Positions 14,410 to 29,817 of a stretch of DNA of 64,000 nt are shown here, in pieces. The position numbers and the translations under genes were made by a program. Source of the stretch: the human T2T-CHM13v2.0 reference genome, Homo sapiens. The stretch lies in assembly GCF_009914755.1 (NCBI RefSeq), contig NC_060930.1; one strand, 5' to 3'. A model generated the notes under the pieces. The model did not search any database. It was not told the DNA's origin and saw nothing but the letters and a program-made list of their open reading frames with translations. Every line of letters begins with the position of its first letter. The first letter of the stretch is position 1.

Positions 14410-14620
14410 GATACTCAACATTTGATAAATTGTGTTTCATGGAACACAAGTCTATAAGACCTTAATGGTGTCCCACAAAAAAACACTATCCAACCATATT
14501 TGTGATTAAATTAAGTTTGGAAAATAAAGGGTTCAACAGAGTTTAAAAGGTTTATTGTAGACCTTCTCAGAGCCATTAAAAGGCTAAATTGTAATTCGAT
14601 TCTTTGAGAAAATAGTACCA
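14410..14620. mobile_element. hAT-Charlie fragment (Charlie4-like) nested in a MIR (about 14300-14750)
   Basis: ttaagtttggaaaataaagggttcaacagagtttaaaaggttt...cttctcagagccattaa; MIR halves on either side. Confidence 0.55.
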
Positions 14621-14919
14621 TAGTCATATATAGAGAAACAAATGAAATGTTATACCCCACCTACATAATGGGGGTGTTGTGAAGATCTAATGAGATAATA
14701 GATCTAAAAGCACTTAGAATAAAGCACTACATGAACATTAGGCATTTTAAAATTATTCCCAGTGATTTCACGTTTTAGGGACTGGCAGGCAGCACTGAAG
14801 TATGATGGAATTTTCTACACTAAGGATCTTTCTTCTTAGCCAGCCACCTGAAGGCAATGGATATAGTTGGGAAGAAGGGAGTAGGATCCTAGGGTTCATT
14901 AGGAATACTGCAGGCCTCA

Positions 14920-15070
14920 AAAGAGTGATTCTCAGAACACTGCCGTCAAAGTTACCTGGGCTGCTTATTTATGCATTCATATTCCTGGTTCAGTAGGTCT
15001 GAGATGGATTAAAATTCTTAACAGGTACTTCAGTTGATTCTTATATGCACTAAATTTTGAGATCCACTAG
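14920..15070. mobile_element. MER5-family DNA transposon
   Basis: ttcagtaggtctgagatgg...gattcttatatgcactaaattttgagatccactagt. Confidence 0.7.
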
Positions 15071-15595
15071 TCTGAAGAGACAGCACAGTTGAGAGCCTCC
15101 AAAACTGTTTAAATTCATGTAAGTCCTTAAGGGATATTCTAGTGGTGACATGGTAACGAATTTCACCCCTAGTGGAACGCTTATTAGCCAGGTGGTAATA
15201 AGCTGATACCAGAGGAGACTTTTCACTTTTAGATAACTTTAGCTGAGCCCATGTTCTGTGCCCCAAAAGAATGCTTTTAGTATATGCCTATTTATCTTTA
15301 TAAGTCTGTATTATCCCCATTTTACAGAGAGGAAGCCGATGGGACTTTCCTAAGGTCACACAGTGAATTTGTTAGAACCCTTTTAGTTGCAAGTAAAAGA
15401 GAACCCCACTCAACCTAGTGTAAGTAAAAAAGAGAATTTATTACTTCGTGTAAGGAAAATATTCAGGGTTATAGTGGTTTCAGGCAGGGCTGGATCCAGA
15501 AGACCAAGTGATGTAATGAGGTTTCAGTTTCATTGAGTCATCTCTGTTCTCTTTGTCTCTGTTGTGGCTCAATTCTCAGGCAGCCTCTGCCATTA

Positions 15596-16166
<571 letters not shown>

Positions 16167-17649
16167 CAGGGGAAACCAGGCTTTGTTGAGGTGGGATTTG
16201 AGTCTGTAAAAGGCACTATTTATTTAACTGCAAGAAGAATATCAGACCCTAGGGTCTAAAGATTTAAGATGAAAAAAGGGTCTACGTTATTTAAAGATTG
16301 TTGCTTTGGATTAACACAAGACTTGGGAGTTTATTTACAATTTAAATAAGTTCTGTTGCCAACACAAATGTATTCTATAGATTAAATGAACAACAGAATG
16401 TTTTATAAGTTTTTGTAGTCATTATATGTGTTAGTGGTTGAAGGATACATTCCTGGGAGATAAAACAAGAATTTTGTACTGAATATCTAAGGAAGAATTT
16501 TGATAATAACATCTATTAGCTCAATAAGTCTAACAATATAGAACCTGTATAATTTTAAATTTAAATATTTAAAATTTTATAATTTTAAATTTAAATAGGA
16601 ACTTTCCTCCCTACCTGTCTGGTCTGTTCACAATGTGCTCTCTTCATTGCCCTGTGTTCATGGAATAGAAGTATCTTCATCCTTCTAACACAGTTCTTAG
16701 GAAATATGAAGTATTTGACATAATAGGATCGTTTCTTCTCAACGCTTATGAATCATCATTGTGACCTGGAAATTCTTTTAATATTAACCAAGGCTAAATG
16801 AAGATGTTTTAGTTTGTGACCCCTACTTTGATTAGGCTTAGAGCCTATGTAATCTGCAATCCCAGTTGAAAGAGCATGTTTATCAGTAGTTCCAACAAAT
16901 TCCAGCATTGAGTCTCATTGCCTGGCCAAGCTCAATGACTCATCCCTGAATTAATTACTGTGGGTGGAGGGTGGAGATGCAATGCTCTGATTGGCCAGCA
17001 CTGGGTCACATGCCCACCTCTGGCGTCAGGACGGAGATGAACTTCCTGAACCACCCAGAGTGCGAGGAGAGGAGGAGTGACTCTCCAGAGGAGAATGAGG
17101 AAGCCCTTGCCACCTGGTGGGGGCCAGAAAGAACTCACCTCCACCAGCAGCTATTAGGTGGTAGATTCCGGATCTGGACCCACATCCTCCTAGTTTCGTA
17201 ATATTTTTCCCCTATACACGATGGTTAGCATTTTCTAAGTGAAGCATATCTGAGCCTATTCCAGGCCTGACTGACACCCGCTGAGTTCGTAATTGTAGCT
17301 TGAGCACAGGTCCTTAGCAGATAATGTCCTACCGGTTCTTCTTGTCCTAGTGATCTAGGGCGGGTATTCGCCAGGGCACCTACAGACAGGTGTACATCTA
17401 TATTATATGACATTTTATGGTAAGACAGCTCCTCTTTTCCCTTGCTACAGTAGGATCAATTTATAATTGGCATCTGTTTTGCAGCCTTTTCAAAAAAGCA
17501 GCTCATTTCCTCCCTCATCCCTGAAGCCCTCCTATGACTTTAGTGAGTAATACAAAGATTCAAAAAGCCAGACTCTCACACATTGAGGAGACATTCTTGC
17601 AAATAGGCATGTCTTAATTAAAAGCATGTGTTTCTCTTCTTTCGAGAAT

Positions 17650-17820
17650 CACTTTTTCCTATTCATTAGTCCCTTCTCAATTTCTCCAGCTCTAAAATGG
17701 GGATAATATATAGCCCTCGCTCACAAGTTTAATTTGAGGATTATATAAGGTAACACATTTTAAGTGCTTAGATCAGTGTCTGGAATAGACTTAGTGACTG
17801 AAAAATGTTAGCTGTTATGG
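17650..17820 (+). mobile_element. MIR followed by (CAT)n-like low complexity
   Basis: taaaatggggataata...aagtgcttagatcagtgtctgg...aaatgttagctgtt. Confidence 0.75.
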
Positions 17821-19559
17821 ATGCTGTCATCATCATCGTCATCATCAATGATCATCTTTACCGTCATAATAGTCATCAGCACCGATACCTAAGGAAACAC
17901 TGTACCGTTTACAATCGCCCCTCCTTTTAGGAGGAAACGCAGAGTCCCATAAACCGCATTAGTCATGTGGCCTCTTTCTGATACAGTGGCCTACGATTCC
18001 AAAACCAGTAGAGCCACCCTCTTGCTTTCTTTAAAATTAGTACATCTTAGGGCACCAGGATTTATGGATGTTCTTGTATTCTTGGCTGTCAATTCATGCT
18101 TCAGGAGCAAATTAACAGAAACATGGGCCATCTTTGGACCTATGGATCCCTGAGTTTTCCTTCCTTCCCATCTCCCCGCATTGTATGTCAGCACAGTGTT
18201 TTCCCAGGGGGCCACTAAAGGGCAGCTCTGCCTGTCCACAGTGCAGGAGGCAGCAGTACACCTATGATGAAAGCATCCCTAGGAACTTGCCTCCGGCAGT
18301 GGGGAGAGCTGCCTTTACCAGGCAGAACTCTGTAGAAGCCAGAGACAAAGGAGGAAGTTGGCCAAGAGCCTGAGCAAATCTGCTGAGAAGTTTGGGTCCA
18401 GGTATATGGAGCCTCCCTCCTTTCTCCACCACTCCCAGACCACAGGACTCTGTCATATAGGCATGCACACACTATTGATTCTTCCCCCATGAGGACTACC
18501 ATTCTTGCAAGCAATAAGATTGATAAGCAACTCTCTCAATGTAAACATTGACCTCTCCCTCCAGAGATGTAGTGGGGAAGACTGCCAGATGTCATGATGT
18601 GGCGTAATGGTTGCATCTGGGGTGTGGGTGTTGTTTTGTGTGGAATGTAAGTGGCGTTTCCTCTGATGGTTCCTAGGTAGAAAGATAGCCACCTGTGTGT
18701 CCAAGCAGCTGAGGAGCACCAGAGCTCCCTCCTCCTACCCATCCCCACCGGGACTTGCATTACTCAAGTCATCCAGTTTTTGGATTCAGACAGATAAAGC
18801 CTTAGTTAAATGTTGCTGTCTCATTACCATATGCTCAGCCAGTATCAGTGTCCACAGCTTGGTGCTAATACATAAATTGGATCCCTCTTTGACTGGATGC
18901 TAAGGGATGGGGTGGAGGAGGGTGGTGCACAGAGGCGCAGAAGAGCCTGAAAGAAGGAAGTGAGGGCAGTGAAGGTCAGTGATCCTCGTACTCACCGATG
19001 TTAACATGAGTACTCTCTCAGGCATCGTGTCTGTGTTTAATAGCTCTTGGACAACATGGCCTTGTTGATTTATCTCCCAGCTCCTTCATGGTGTATATTT
19101 TTCCTTTAACCAGGCAACCTCTCTGTGCTAAAAGAGTCTCTGTTGTCCCCATCATTTTCCCTCTTTAATGCCCAATCTTTGTCCCATCCACTCCCCACTT
19201 TACGTCCCCATCCCATTCCTAATGAAACCAGGTAGGCACTCTGGATTTTTAGAATAAACATGTTTTACTCTTTAAAAAAAAAAAAAATCAAAAAACAACA
19301 ACAAAAAATCTTCTAGTTAATCAATTCTAGGTTGTCAGAAACTCTTCCAAGAGATCCAGCCTCTATAAGTGTATGGCATGACTTATTCTAGAATGAAAAA
19401 GGAAAAATAGTGTCCTCATATGCCTGATAATTCATATCAACCCTTCATTTATTTATGATAAGGTAGCTCTGAAAGTGACAGTACATTTATAAAAGGGACC
19501 TTTCTGAATGGCTGGGCACCTGTGTGGCGTCATTTTGCAGGGCAGGAAAAGGCAGCGCA

Positions 19560-19866
19560 GGCTGGCCGTGGAGGCTCACACCTGTAGTCCCAGCACTTTG
19601 GGAGGCCAAGGTGGGCGGATCACATGAGGCCAGGAGTTCAAGACCAGCCTGGACAACATGGTGAAACCTTGTCTCTGCTAAAAATACAAAAATTAGCCGA
19701 GTGTGGTAGTGCACGCCTGTTGTCCCAGCTACTCAGGAGGCTGAGGCATGAGAATGGCTTGAACCTGGGAGGTGGAGGTTGCAGTGAACTGAGATCATGT
19801 CACTGCACTCCAGCCTGGGTGACAGAGCAAAACCCTGTCTCAAAAAAAAAAAAAAAAAAAAAAAAA
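19560..19866 (+). mobile_element. Alu (AluS-type)
   Basis: Full dimer with long A-tail; TSD aaaaggcagYgc at 19547 and 19863. Confidence 0.97.
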
Positions 19867-20467
19867 GGCAGTGCTGCTGCTTCAGCGTAGTGAGCTGACA
19901 GCCTACCTTACCTCCACTCTGATCTTTGGTTCCCATTCCTAGGGTGGTGAAATAAGGGAGGTATATAACCCCTTCTAATTACAAGCAAAAGCGAAGGTTA
20001 TCAGATCCTGCAACATAAACGTTCTGTTATTGAGTTCACTTAGGGTTAAGAAACAAGAATCCAATTTATGAGAATCTTAGGTCCTCCAAAAACCCTAGGA
20101 GCATTTAGCACATGGGGAGATCTCCACTGGGGTCCCAAATGGGCTGCCCTCCTGCCTCTGGTGCTGACTCTGACTAGACATCAGATGGCACAGACACCAT
20201 GCTTCCTTCATTCCAGGCTGCTCCCTGGGATACTGTATGACGAGCACTTTCTAGGCCAGCAGAAAGCCAAGGTGATGCCATCTTTGCACAAGCCTTTTGA
20301 AAGCCAAACCACCATGAGAAATATGGTGTACCTGAGGAGCGCCCCGAGCCCCGGCCCAGCTCCTCCCGCTGCATGCCCTAGGAGCCCACCAAGAGTAATC
20401 CCAGGTTGCCACCAGGGCTGGGGTTCAGAACACCATCTGGCCTAGGTACTTTGGTTCTTGTCATTAA

Positions 20468-21442
<975 letters not shown>

Positions 21443-22799
21443 TAAATCAGCTAAACCTAATGTGATCCAGTCTGCTCAATAATCTACTGAATTTAAGAGC
21501 TAAACATCATGAATTTCATAATAATACTTATTAAGGATTCATTTAACTATTGAGTTATAATTATACCTTTATAATACCCTGTGTTCCTTGCCACTCTTGG
21601 TTTTTCAAAGGCACTTCTAATTTCATATCATTATTTTAATGGGGCAATTTCAGAATAATTTGTATCCATTTCTTAAAGATGTGATTATGGAAAAGCGTTT
21701 CGGTTCTCATGGCACTTTTTTTTTTAAGACAAGTAACGATACATATTTTCATACCTCTGAAGATGTGAGCAAATGAACTGAATCAAATGCAGTTACCCAG
21801 TTATCTACTCAGTAAGTCATTATTGAGTGCCAACTATGAGAAGCAAACTCAGTATCAACCCTGAATAATTACTATCTTGATTTTTTAAAGGATTCTGTAT
21901 ATAATTTCTCTTTAACCTGTAGCAGATGTTTGATGTTGGCTGAACTCAGAGAATTCTCAAACTGAATATTTTAAAAACTTCACTTTTGTGTCTTAGGCTG
22001 TTTTGAGAATCAAAGAATGATAGGAAATCTTCCAACCAAATGCAGATACCCATCCCCTTGAAGCCCACTAGGATCCAGAGATCCCGGGATGAGTGCTTCT
22101 ACCAGGAGTATTTCATTTTGGCTATAACACGTGTTTAGAGAAGTACTAGAAGATCATTCTGAGCAGCTTACTCAGGTTGAGAGTAATAAGTCAGGTTGTT
22201 TTAATATAAAAAATAGGTTATTTCATGGAGGAAAAAACTTGAATAAGTGATTCTTGGCCTTGTCTGAAGGCCAGTACAGGAAATTAGAACTTCCTACTGT
22301 ATGCTGTGGGGAGCCACCTGCAGTTCCTACAAGGAACAGGCTTCTAGTAAAAGTATCCAATACAGGTTTGAAGGCAGGAGAGTAAGTCTGGGAATATAGG
22401 TTTGGAGACTTGTAAAATGTGGACAAAAGCAACAAGACTATACACCAAGGTAAGGAATGAGGGGAAAGTGATGAGTATGAAAGAGGAAGTGACCTGTGAG
22501 AATCAGACCTCTGGACTATGGTGACTTTGCTTCTCTCCTGGACTCAGCACCTCTTTGCTGTGGTTTCCCACAATTATTACTACTTGTGTGGCTCTGCTGA
22601 CATTGTTGAAGAAGCACCAATTCAAGCAGCTGATGCCTTTTAAAAAGCAGAATGCTCAAATTCAGTGTTACTTCTGAGGCTATTTACTTGCCTGATTTGA
22701 TTTCTTTTTTTATTCCTTGTCGTAGCTGTGTTGTTGTTATTGTTACCACTCTCTTCAGCCATTCCACAACCCGTACTTAAAACCTTCTGAATCTTTTAT

Positions 22800-24720
22800 C
22801 TTCCTCCTTTAGCCTCCAGTAATCTGTTATTTTACCACTGCTGCGAAATTAATCTCCCTGAGGCCCACATCTGATCTATGCCATTTGTGATCAGAGACCT
22901 CAGTTCAAACTTTCAATCACTCAGCATAAAATCTCCTGATCAGTAATACTTTTGTGCATTTTTGATCCCACTTCTTCGCCTTCCTAAGAACCATGTTTCA
23001 TACATTTCTCAGCATTTTTTCTACATCTTCGATCTCTCACTTTCCCCTGGCTCTGGCAGCTCAGCCTACTGACCCCCAAATCAAGTCTCTCCTTCCTACC
23101 TTGGCAAATTTCCTCTCAATAGTTCTTCATTACCTCAGGAAATAAAGTTCTAACCCCTAAAAAGCCTTTGCAAAAATACTGAATTATCTGGCTGCAAAGT
23201 TCTTGTCCCCATTGAGCTGCCATCCTATTCTGCTTCTTCCTTTATCATCAAATTCTTTAAAACATGTAAAATCATCACATTGACCTAGTCATGAAAACTA
23301 AAAATGTTAGCCATTCTTGCTTCCTGGTACTTTCTCATGTTTATCCAGAGAGTTACCAAATCTGCTGATTCTCCCACCTGGCTGAATCCCATCTTTTCTT
23401 CCTATCCTTCTGTCATGCCCCTGCTTGAATCCTAGTTACTGTGATTGCAGTGTCCTCCTGATTGTTCTCGCTGTCAAGGATTTCCCCATATTCCGAGTCA
23501 GGTTACCTTTGCTGCTGCAAAGATATTCCTAAGAAACAAATCTAATTGCATCCTGATCACGTACCTTCTCGATCAGGCCGACCCCCCCATTCTACCCAAA
23601 GTACTCTTGATCTATTTTACCAGGTTCCACTCATTATTTTTTTCCCCAAAGCAAGTATCTTCTGGCATACTCTATAATTTATTTGGTTTCAGTGTTTGCT
23701 GTCTGCCCTTCACCCTACCTCTGCATGTGAGCTCTATGAGTTGGTATTTTTATTTGTTTTGTTTACCGTCATAGCCTAAGCATCTGGTACAGAGTGGGCA
23801 TACAATACATTTTGGTTGAATGTGATAATACCAGTTTCCCATTTTCAAATTTTCCTTGTCCCTCTGCTCAGAGGATGAACCCCAAATGCCAATTCATTTC
23901 AAGAGCTTACATGATCTGGTTCCAGACCCTCCAACCCCTGTCTCTCTCCACTAGTGCTTCATCTCACCTAACGTCACTGAGGCTCACAGTTGACTGAGTT
24001 CCTTGAAGTCCCTAGATGTTCCATGCCTTCAGCCCTCTCTATTCCTGTTGGGTCTGTTTCTCCTCCCAGGGATCCGCTTCTCCCTCTTCCCCTTGCCAGG
24101 AGAACAGCCCCTTCTCTTTCAAAACTTAAGCCCAAAGTGACCTCCCTCGAGGTCTTCTCCAATGCTGTGAAGCAGAATTAGTTGCTCTCTCCTCTTCACT
24201 TACATTGAGTTTTATATTGTAGCTCTGTTGTGGTATGTTCTTACACACTGATCTCTCTGTCTCCTCCTTGGGACTCTGTGCTCAAGGCCAGTTTTCCTGT
24301 GTGTCTTCCCCAGAAATGATCATAGTATCTGGCAGAGATTTAAGTGGCCACTTAATCAAATGATTGAAAAGAGGAGCTCCCAGTGCACTGAACCAGGTAG
24401 TAAAGGTTTAAGTGCCCTGTTCATTGCAGCATGTCCAAATCATCACTGCCCTCACCCCTAAACCTGTGTCCTCGCCTGTCTTCCTTATCTCTATGAATGA
24501 AGGGTACCACTCTGCTGACCTGAATCTTGGAATTGCCAATGATCTGCCTCCAGTCCTTCTGGTCACTCAATCAGTCACTAAGTTCTTTTGACTTTACTTC
24601 TGACGTGTCTCTCAATTCCATCTACTTTCTTTCAGTCCTGCTGTGGGGAGCTCTTACTAGCTTATCACATCTGTCACCAATACAACTGCCACAGCACACA
24701 CTCAGAATTCCATATGTATT
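22800..24720 (+). mobile_element. Cluster of L2 fragments
   Basis: Pyrimidine-rich L2 motifs and 3' ends such as gcctaagcatctggtacagagtgggcatacaatacatttttggttgaatg, and catgtccaaa...cctcaccccta. Confidence 0.65.
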
Positions 24721-25826
24721 TAATGAATGGATCTCCTGAGTTAAAACTATGTTCAGACCACAACAAGCTGACTATCATTTTTATATGGTCATTGGCAGGT
24801 TGAACTTGCAAGGAATGCATAGGTTGCAGAAGTCTGGATGAATTTTTTGAGGGAACAAAGTGGTTTGGGATTTGCCATGGCTTCAGATATCATTTTGCTT
24901 TCTGGGAAGTTGAATTCCTTCCATGCTCTCAATTTTGCCAAAGAGCTTAGTTTCTCTGATTATTCCTTTCTTAAAAATTCAAGTTGGGGTATTGGAATCT
25001 GTAAATATGGAAAAGAGTTTGTTTTATTTCATGTGGTAAAAAGAGGTTGGGATGATTGTGGCCTTTAAGGAAGGGTCCACTAGGCATTATGAGATTGAAA
25101 GTTGAATATGCTCAAGTGTTCTATTATTGGGATTAGCATAGATTTTCCCTAAAGATACCCCCAGCTCTCAATTTCTAAGAATTTTTTTTTTAAGCAAGAC
25201 TCCAGGAAAAGAAAAACTAGTGGAATTAAGACAATTGTAAATTCTAATGGAAGTGTGAGTGACTCCAAAATCGATCAGTAATCCTAAAGTACAGTCACTT
25301 GCTTAACAGATTTCAGTGCTGCTGAAGGTCTAGGTAAAGCCAGGTAGTAGGAAGTAGACAGCAGTGGGTATTGGAGACGTTGGCTTTGGAATAGACAGTT
25401 GATAAATGTTTTCTCCCTTCTTTTTTCTCAGTAGACAGTGCTGTAGTGATTGCGTCTGCCAAGTCTTATTTGAGAAATTGCCGGACCAGTAGTTACACTG
25501 ACTCTCATTTGAATCTTCTGGTGGCCTCTCCCTGTTTTGGGCGGTAGTCCCTGACTTGTCCAGAGAGCTCTCCTCCTCTTTCTCTTCCTCCTCCAGCCTA
25601 AATAGAAGTTGAGCAAATTTGGTTGGGATGTTTTGAATCTCTAGGGGTTGGCCAACTGTCCTCAGCCTTCAGAACACACTGGTGTGACTTCCATTCCAAA
25701 AGGCAAAGAGAAACTCTAGTCACGTGGTTTCTGTTATCTGTAACCATGGAAAACGTTGGCCATCTGTGAGGCTCCCATTTTAACACTTTTTTTCTCTCTT
25801 TGTTTTCATCTCTTTCTTGGAAATAA

Positions 25827-26156
<330 letters not shown>

Positions 26157-26544
26157 TGACTTTTATATCCTATGTGTTTTCTCCTATCTCATGATTTTTT
26201 GTTTGTTTTTAAACTAAAGAACCACCCTTTTAATTTGATCTACGAATAATCTGAATTTAGACCTCTGCCTTTTCTATAATTGAATGCTTTCATTCTGGCG
26301 TTGATGATGCGTTTATTATATTCATTGTTATTTTCACTATTCCAGTAAAAGTGAACACATAGCAGAAAACAAGTTATATGGTTACTGGCAGATAAGAATA
26401 GGTTATTTCATGGAGGAAAAACCTTGAATAAGTGATTCTTGGACATAGCAGGAAAACAAAGAATACAAATGAATCATTGTAGTGGCAAAGATAACTGTAC
26501 GGTTTGTGGCTCAATGGACAGCAAAGAAATGTGGGGGAAATCAG

Positions 26545-26730
26545 CACAGCTGAGGGGTTAAGAGCACAGATCCTGGAGCCACACTTCCTGGATTTGAATC
26601 CCAAATCTGATACTTGCTGGTTATATGATCTTGCTCAGTTTATTAATGCTGTGCCTCAGCTTCCTCGTCTGTAAAATAGAAGTAAGAATAATACCTTACA
26701 TGAGTTAATATTTGTGGAGAGTTTGTATGG
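26545..26730 (+). mobile_element. MIR
   Basis: ggttaagagcacag...tttgaatccc...gtgcctcagcttcctcgtctgtaaaat. Confidence 0.85.
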
Positions 26731-26862
26731 CATCTTAGGTGGATATTTTTTAAATAAGTAAGGGTGTGCAGAGGGAAATGTGCTACAGGGAAAGACACAG
26801 AGTTTTGACTTCACCCCATTGGGTCTGTGATCAGACAGTGGAAGAGCTATACAGATTCCCTT

Positions 26863-27275
26863 TGGTTTTGGTCTGTTTGGGCTGCCATAACAAAATACTG
26901 TAGACTGGGTGGCTTAAACAACAGAAATGTGTTTCTCACAGTTCTGGAGGCTGGAAGTCCTAGATCAAGTTGCTGACAAGATAGGTTTTCTTCTGAGGCC
27001 TCTTCTCTTGGCTTGTAGGCGGCAGCCATCTTGCTGTACACTCACATCACCTCTTCATTTTTGTGTGCACAGAGAGAGCATGTACGTAAGCGAGTGTGAG
27101 CAGACTGTTGAGAGTCTCTCCTTATAAAGACACTAATTCCATCATGAGTGCCCTACCTGCATGACCTCATCTAATCCTAATCACCTCCCAAAGTCCCCTT
27201 TCTCCAAATACCAGCACATGGGGAGTGAGGGTTGCAACATATGAATTTGGGAGGGACACAACTAAGTCCATGGCA
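26863..27275 (-). mobile_element. MLT1A/A0 LTR
   Basis: ggctgccataacaaaatac...ttctcacagttctggaggctggaagtcc...gacctcatctaatcctaatcacctcccaaag...caacatatgaatttggg. Confidence 0.9.
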
Positions 27276-28591
27276 CTTTGTTTTGATTTTTCTAATCACG
27301 TGTCCAGTCATTGCCAGGGCTACCCCAAGGTTTTCATTTCCTTCTTCCCTCTACATCCTCAAAAACTCAACCTGCCTTCTCGCCTGCTCAGAATCATCAC
27401 CTCTTCCATTTCTTGGGTTTCCTGCCTCTTTGCCTCACCCCTAAACTAACCTTGAAATAGGAGATGTGCTTCTTGTACCTGAATATCAGTCCACAGATCT
27501 GAGAATCTTAATGCTAATCACTTTTGGGAAAGAAAGAGAATAACATAGAAAATCTGCAGAGTCTTGAAATCTTAATTCTCATGATAGCCATGTTTTCTGA
27601 CTCTGTTTCTTAGATGGAAGCCCCACCATCCTGATGTTATATTTGTTAATTCCTGAGATAAGAATGAATCTCTGAATTTCATAAATTTCTAAATCATTAC
27701 CCATATAAGTCCCACCACTCTGACTCTGCATTCTCCACTCTCTCAGTCATCGTGCTGGTTCCTTAAGGTGTCGCAAAACCTGTAGGTCATTTGTGCATCC
27801 TTAAAAACAACTGAGTGATTTACAAGTGAGCAAAACTCCAAATGTGTATCCTCCACTGAGACAGAAAAGGGTACTTAGGTCATTGTCTCAGAGAGAAGAA
27901 ATCTAAGTGAAATATATTCTTTAAGCAAAGTAAGATGTAAGACACTGAAACAAGAAAGAAAATGGGAGTGTTTTGTAAGCATTGAAAAAAATATATATAT
28001 ATAAAACAAAGATGCCATGAGGTCTCTTCCTGACTTTGCTAAGCAAAATAGTTTGTACACACATTTCGGTAATTGTCATTTGTCACCATGAATCTCTGAA
28101 TGATGGAGTGATGGATGCATTTCCTCCTGGCAAGTCAAGGGCTTTGTTTAGTTCATTTGACAAGGCCACAAGGCAAAGCCCTGAGGCTTCTCACATGACC
28201 GATTATGCCAACGTCTTCAAGACATTGGAAAACATATCACCTGATAGGTGCAGATGCAATGGCATCAGATTACTCATGAATTATTAAACGTCTTCAAAAA
28301 TTTTGTTTTAAGCTCATATGGGAGAAAGAATGGAAACATGTGACAAGCAGAGTTGCTAACCTTAAATCATTCTTGTCATTAATGATCATAGCAAGTTCTT
28401 GTGACCTCTGTGGCCAGATTGATTAACGTGGCAGCTGAATGTGATATTTGTATGCAGTTTTGTTTTGTTTTCTTAGAGACATTCCACTCCTGAATTAGAG
28501 AAAGTAGAGAATACACTACAGTATATCTTTATATCATGATAGATGGATGGGTGCATGATGTAACTAAAGGTATGCTAGTTTTAAAAAAGTT

Positions 28592-28866
28592 GGCCAGGCA
28601 CAGTAGCTCACTCTTGCAATCGCAACATTTTGGGCAGCCCAGGTAAGAGGATCCCTTGAGCCCAGGAGTTAAAAACCAGCCTGGGCAACATAGTGAGACC
28701 TCATCTCTACAAAACATAAAATTAACATGGGGACACATGTCTGTAGTCCCAGGTACTCAGGAAGCTGAGGTGAGAGGATTGCTTGAACCCAGGAGTTTAA
28801 GACTTCAGTGAGCTGTGATCGTGCCACTGTACTCCAGCTTGGGTGACCAGCTGAGACCCAATCTCA
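28592..28866 (+). mobile_element. Alu (AluJ-type)
   Basis: ggccaggcacagtagctcac...ttgagcccaggagtt...gcctgggcaacatagtgagacc. Confidence 0.93.
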
Positions 28867-29007
28867 CACATATGCAAAGCAAACTTTTCCATGTGTGTAT
28901 AAGAGTCATATCTAAGTAAATATACATGAGAATTGGTTGATTGAGGGAATGTTCATTGGTTAGCCAATTTTAGCTAGTATACCTATCTTTGTCTTGTATG
29001 TATGTGT

Positions 29008-29817
29008 TGTTAAAGGAAAAGTTATTCATTGACACTTGTTGAAGATAAGGCAGTCTTTATTCAACACCACTGAAAGAAGGATAGGGACCACTGCAATAGG
29101 GTCTTGCAGTGGGAGAAATGGTCAGTACTTAACTCTGATACAGCATGGGCAAGTGGGAATTTACAACCAAGGAGCAGAGTGAGGGTCCCTAGGTGGAAAA
29201 TTACTAAAAGGAAACATCAGGAGTAAGGGAGATTCTGGCTAAGCCAATCTAATAGGATTCTTGCTGAAGACAGGCCAGGGTGATCAGATATCACCTGAGA
29301 GATGGTGGGGACTGAGGAACCTAATGATTAGATAATGAGAATTATCTGATATTGAGGATGGGGAGATTCTGGTTAAACTGACTTACCAGGATCCTTGCTA
29401 AAATTGGACAATGGAAAGAAGAACATGGAAGGCCAAAGTCAGGCTCAGTTGAAAAGGAGTTCAGTGTGGGGGAAGGGAGAACGAAGAGAAGTTGGTTAAT
29501 GAGTGCAAAACTACAGTTAGATAGAAGGAATAAAGTATAATATTTGATAATAGCGTAGACTATAGTTAAGAATTTTTTATACATTTCAAATAGCTAGAAA
29601 AGAAGAATTGGAATGTTCCAACAAAGAAAAGATAACTGTTTGAGATGATGGATATTCCCAATTACCCTGATTTGATCACTACACATTGTATACATGCATC
29701 AAAATATCACATGTACCCCCAAAATATATACAACTATTGTGTATTAATTTTTAAAAAAAGGAAAAAGGGGTTCAGGGGAGGCTGAGTAGAGCTTGGTTAA
29801 TGAGAAAATCTTGCTCA
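29008..29817 (-). mobile_element. MER31 LTR (ERV1) interrupted by an L1MA 3' end
   Basis: tgttaaaggaaaagttattcattgacacttgtt...gggaccactgcaat...ggattcttgctgaagacaggccagggtgatcagatatc; resumes after 29775. Confidence 0.85.
29466..29760 (+). mobile_element. L1MA 3' end inserted in MER31
   Basis: acagttagatagaaggaataa...gatggatattcccaattaccctgatttgatc...catgtacccccaaaatatatacaact; TSD aaaaggRgttcag on both sides. Confidence 0.88.

Noticed and set aside
20335-20400. Short GC-rich patch as a possible promoter or CpG island
   Set aside because: Only ~60 bp with few CpGs; far below island size.
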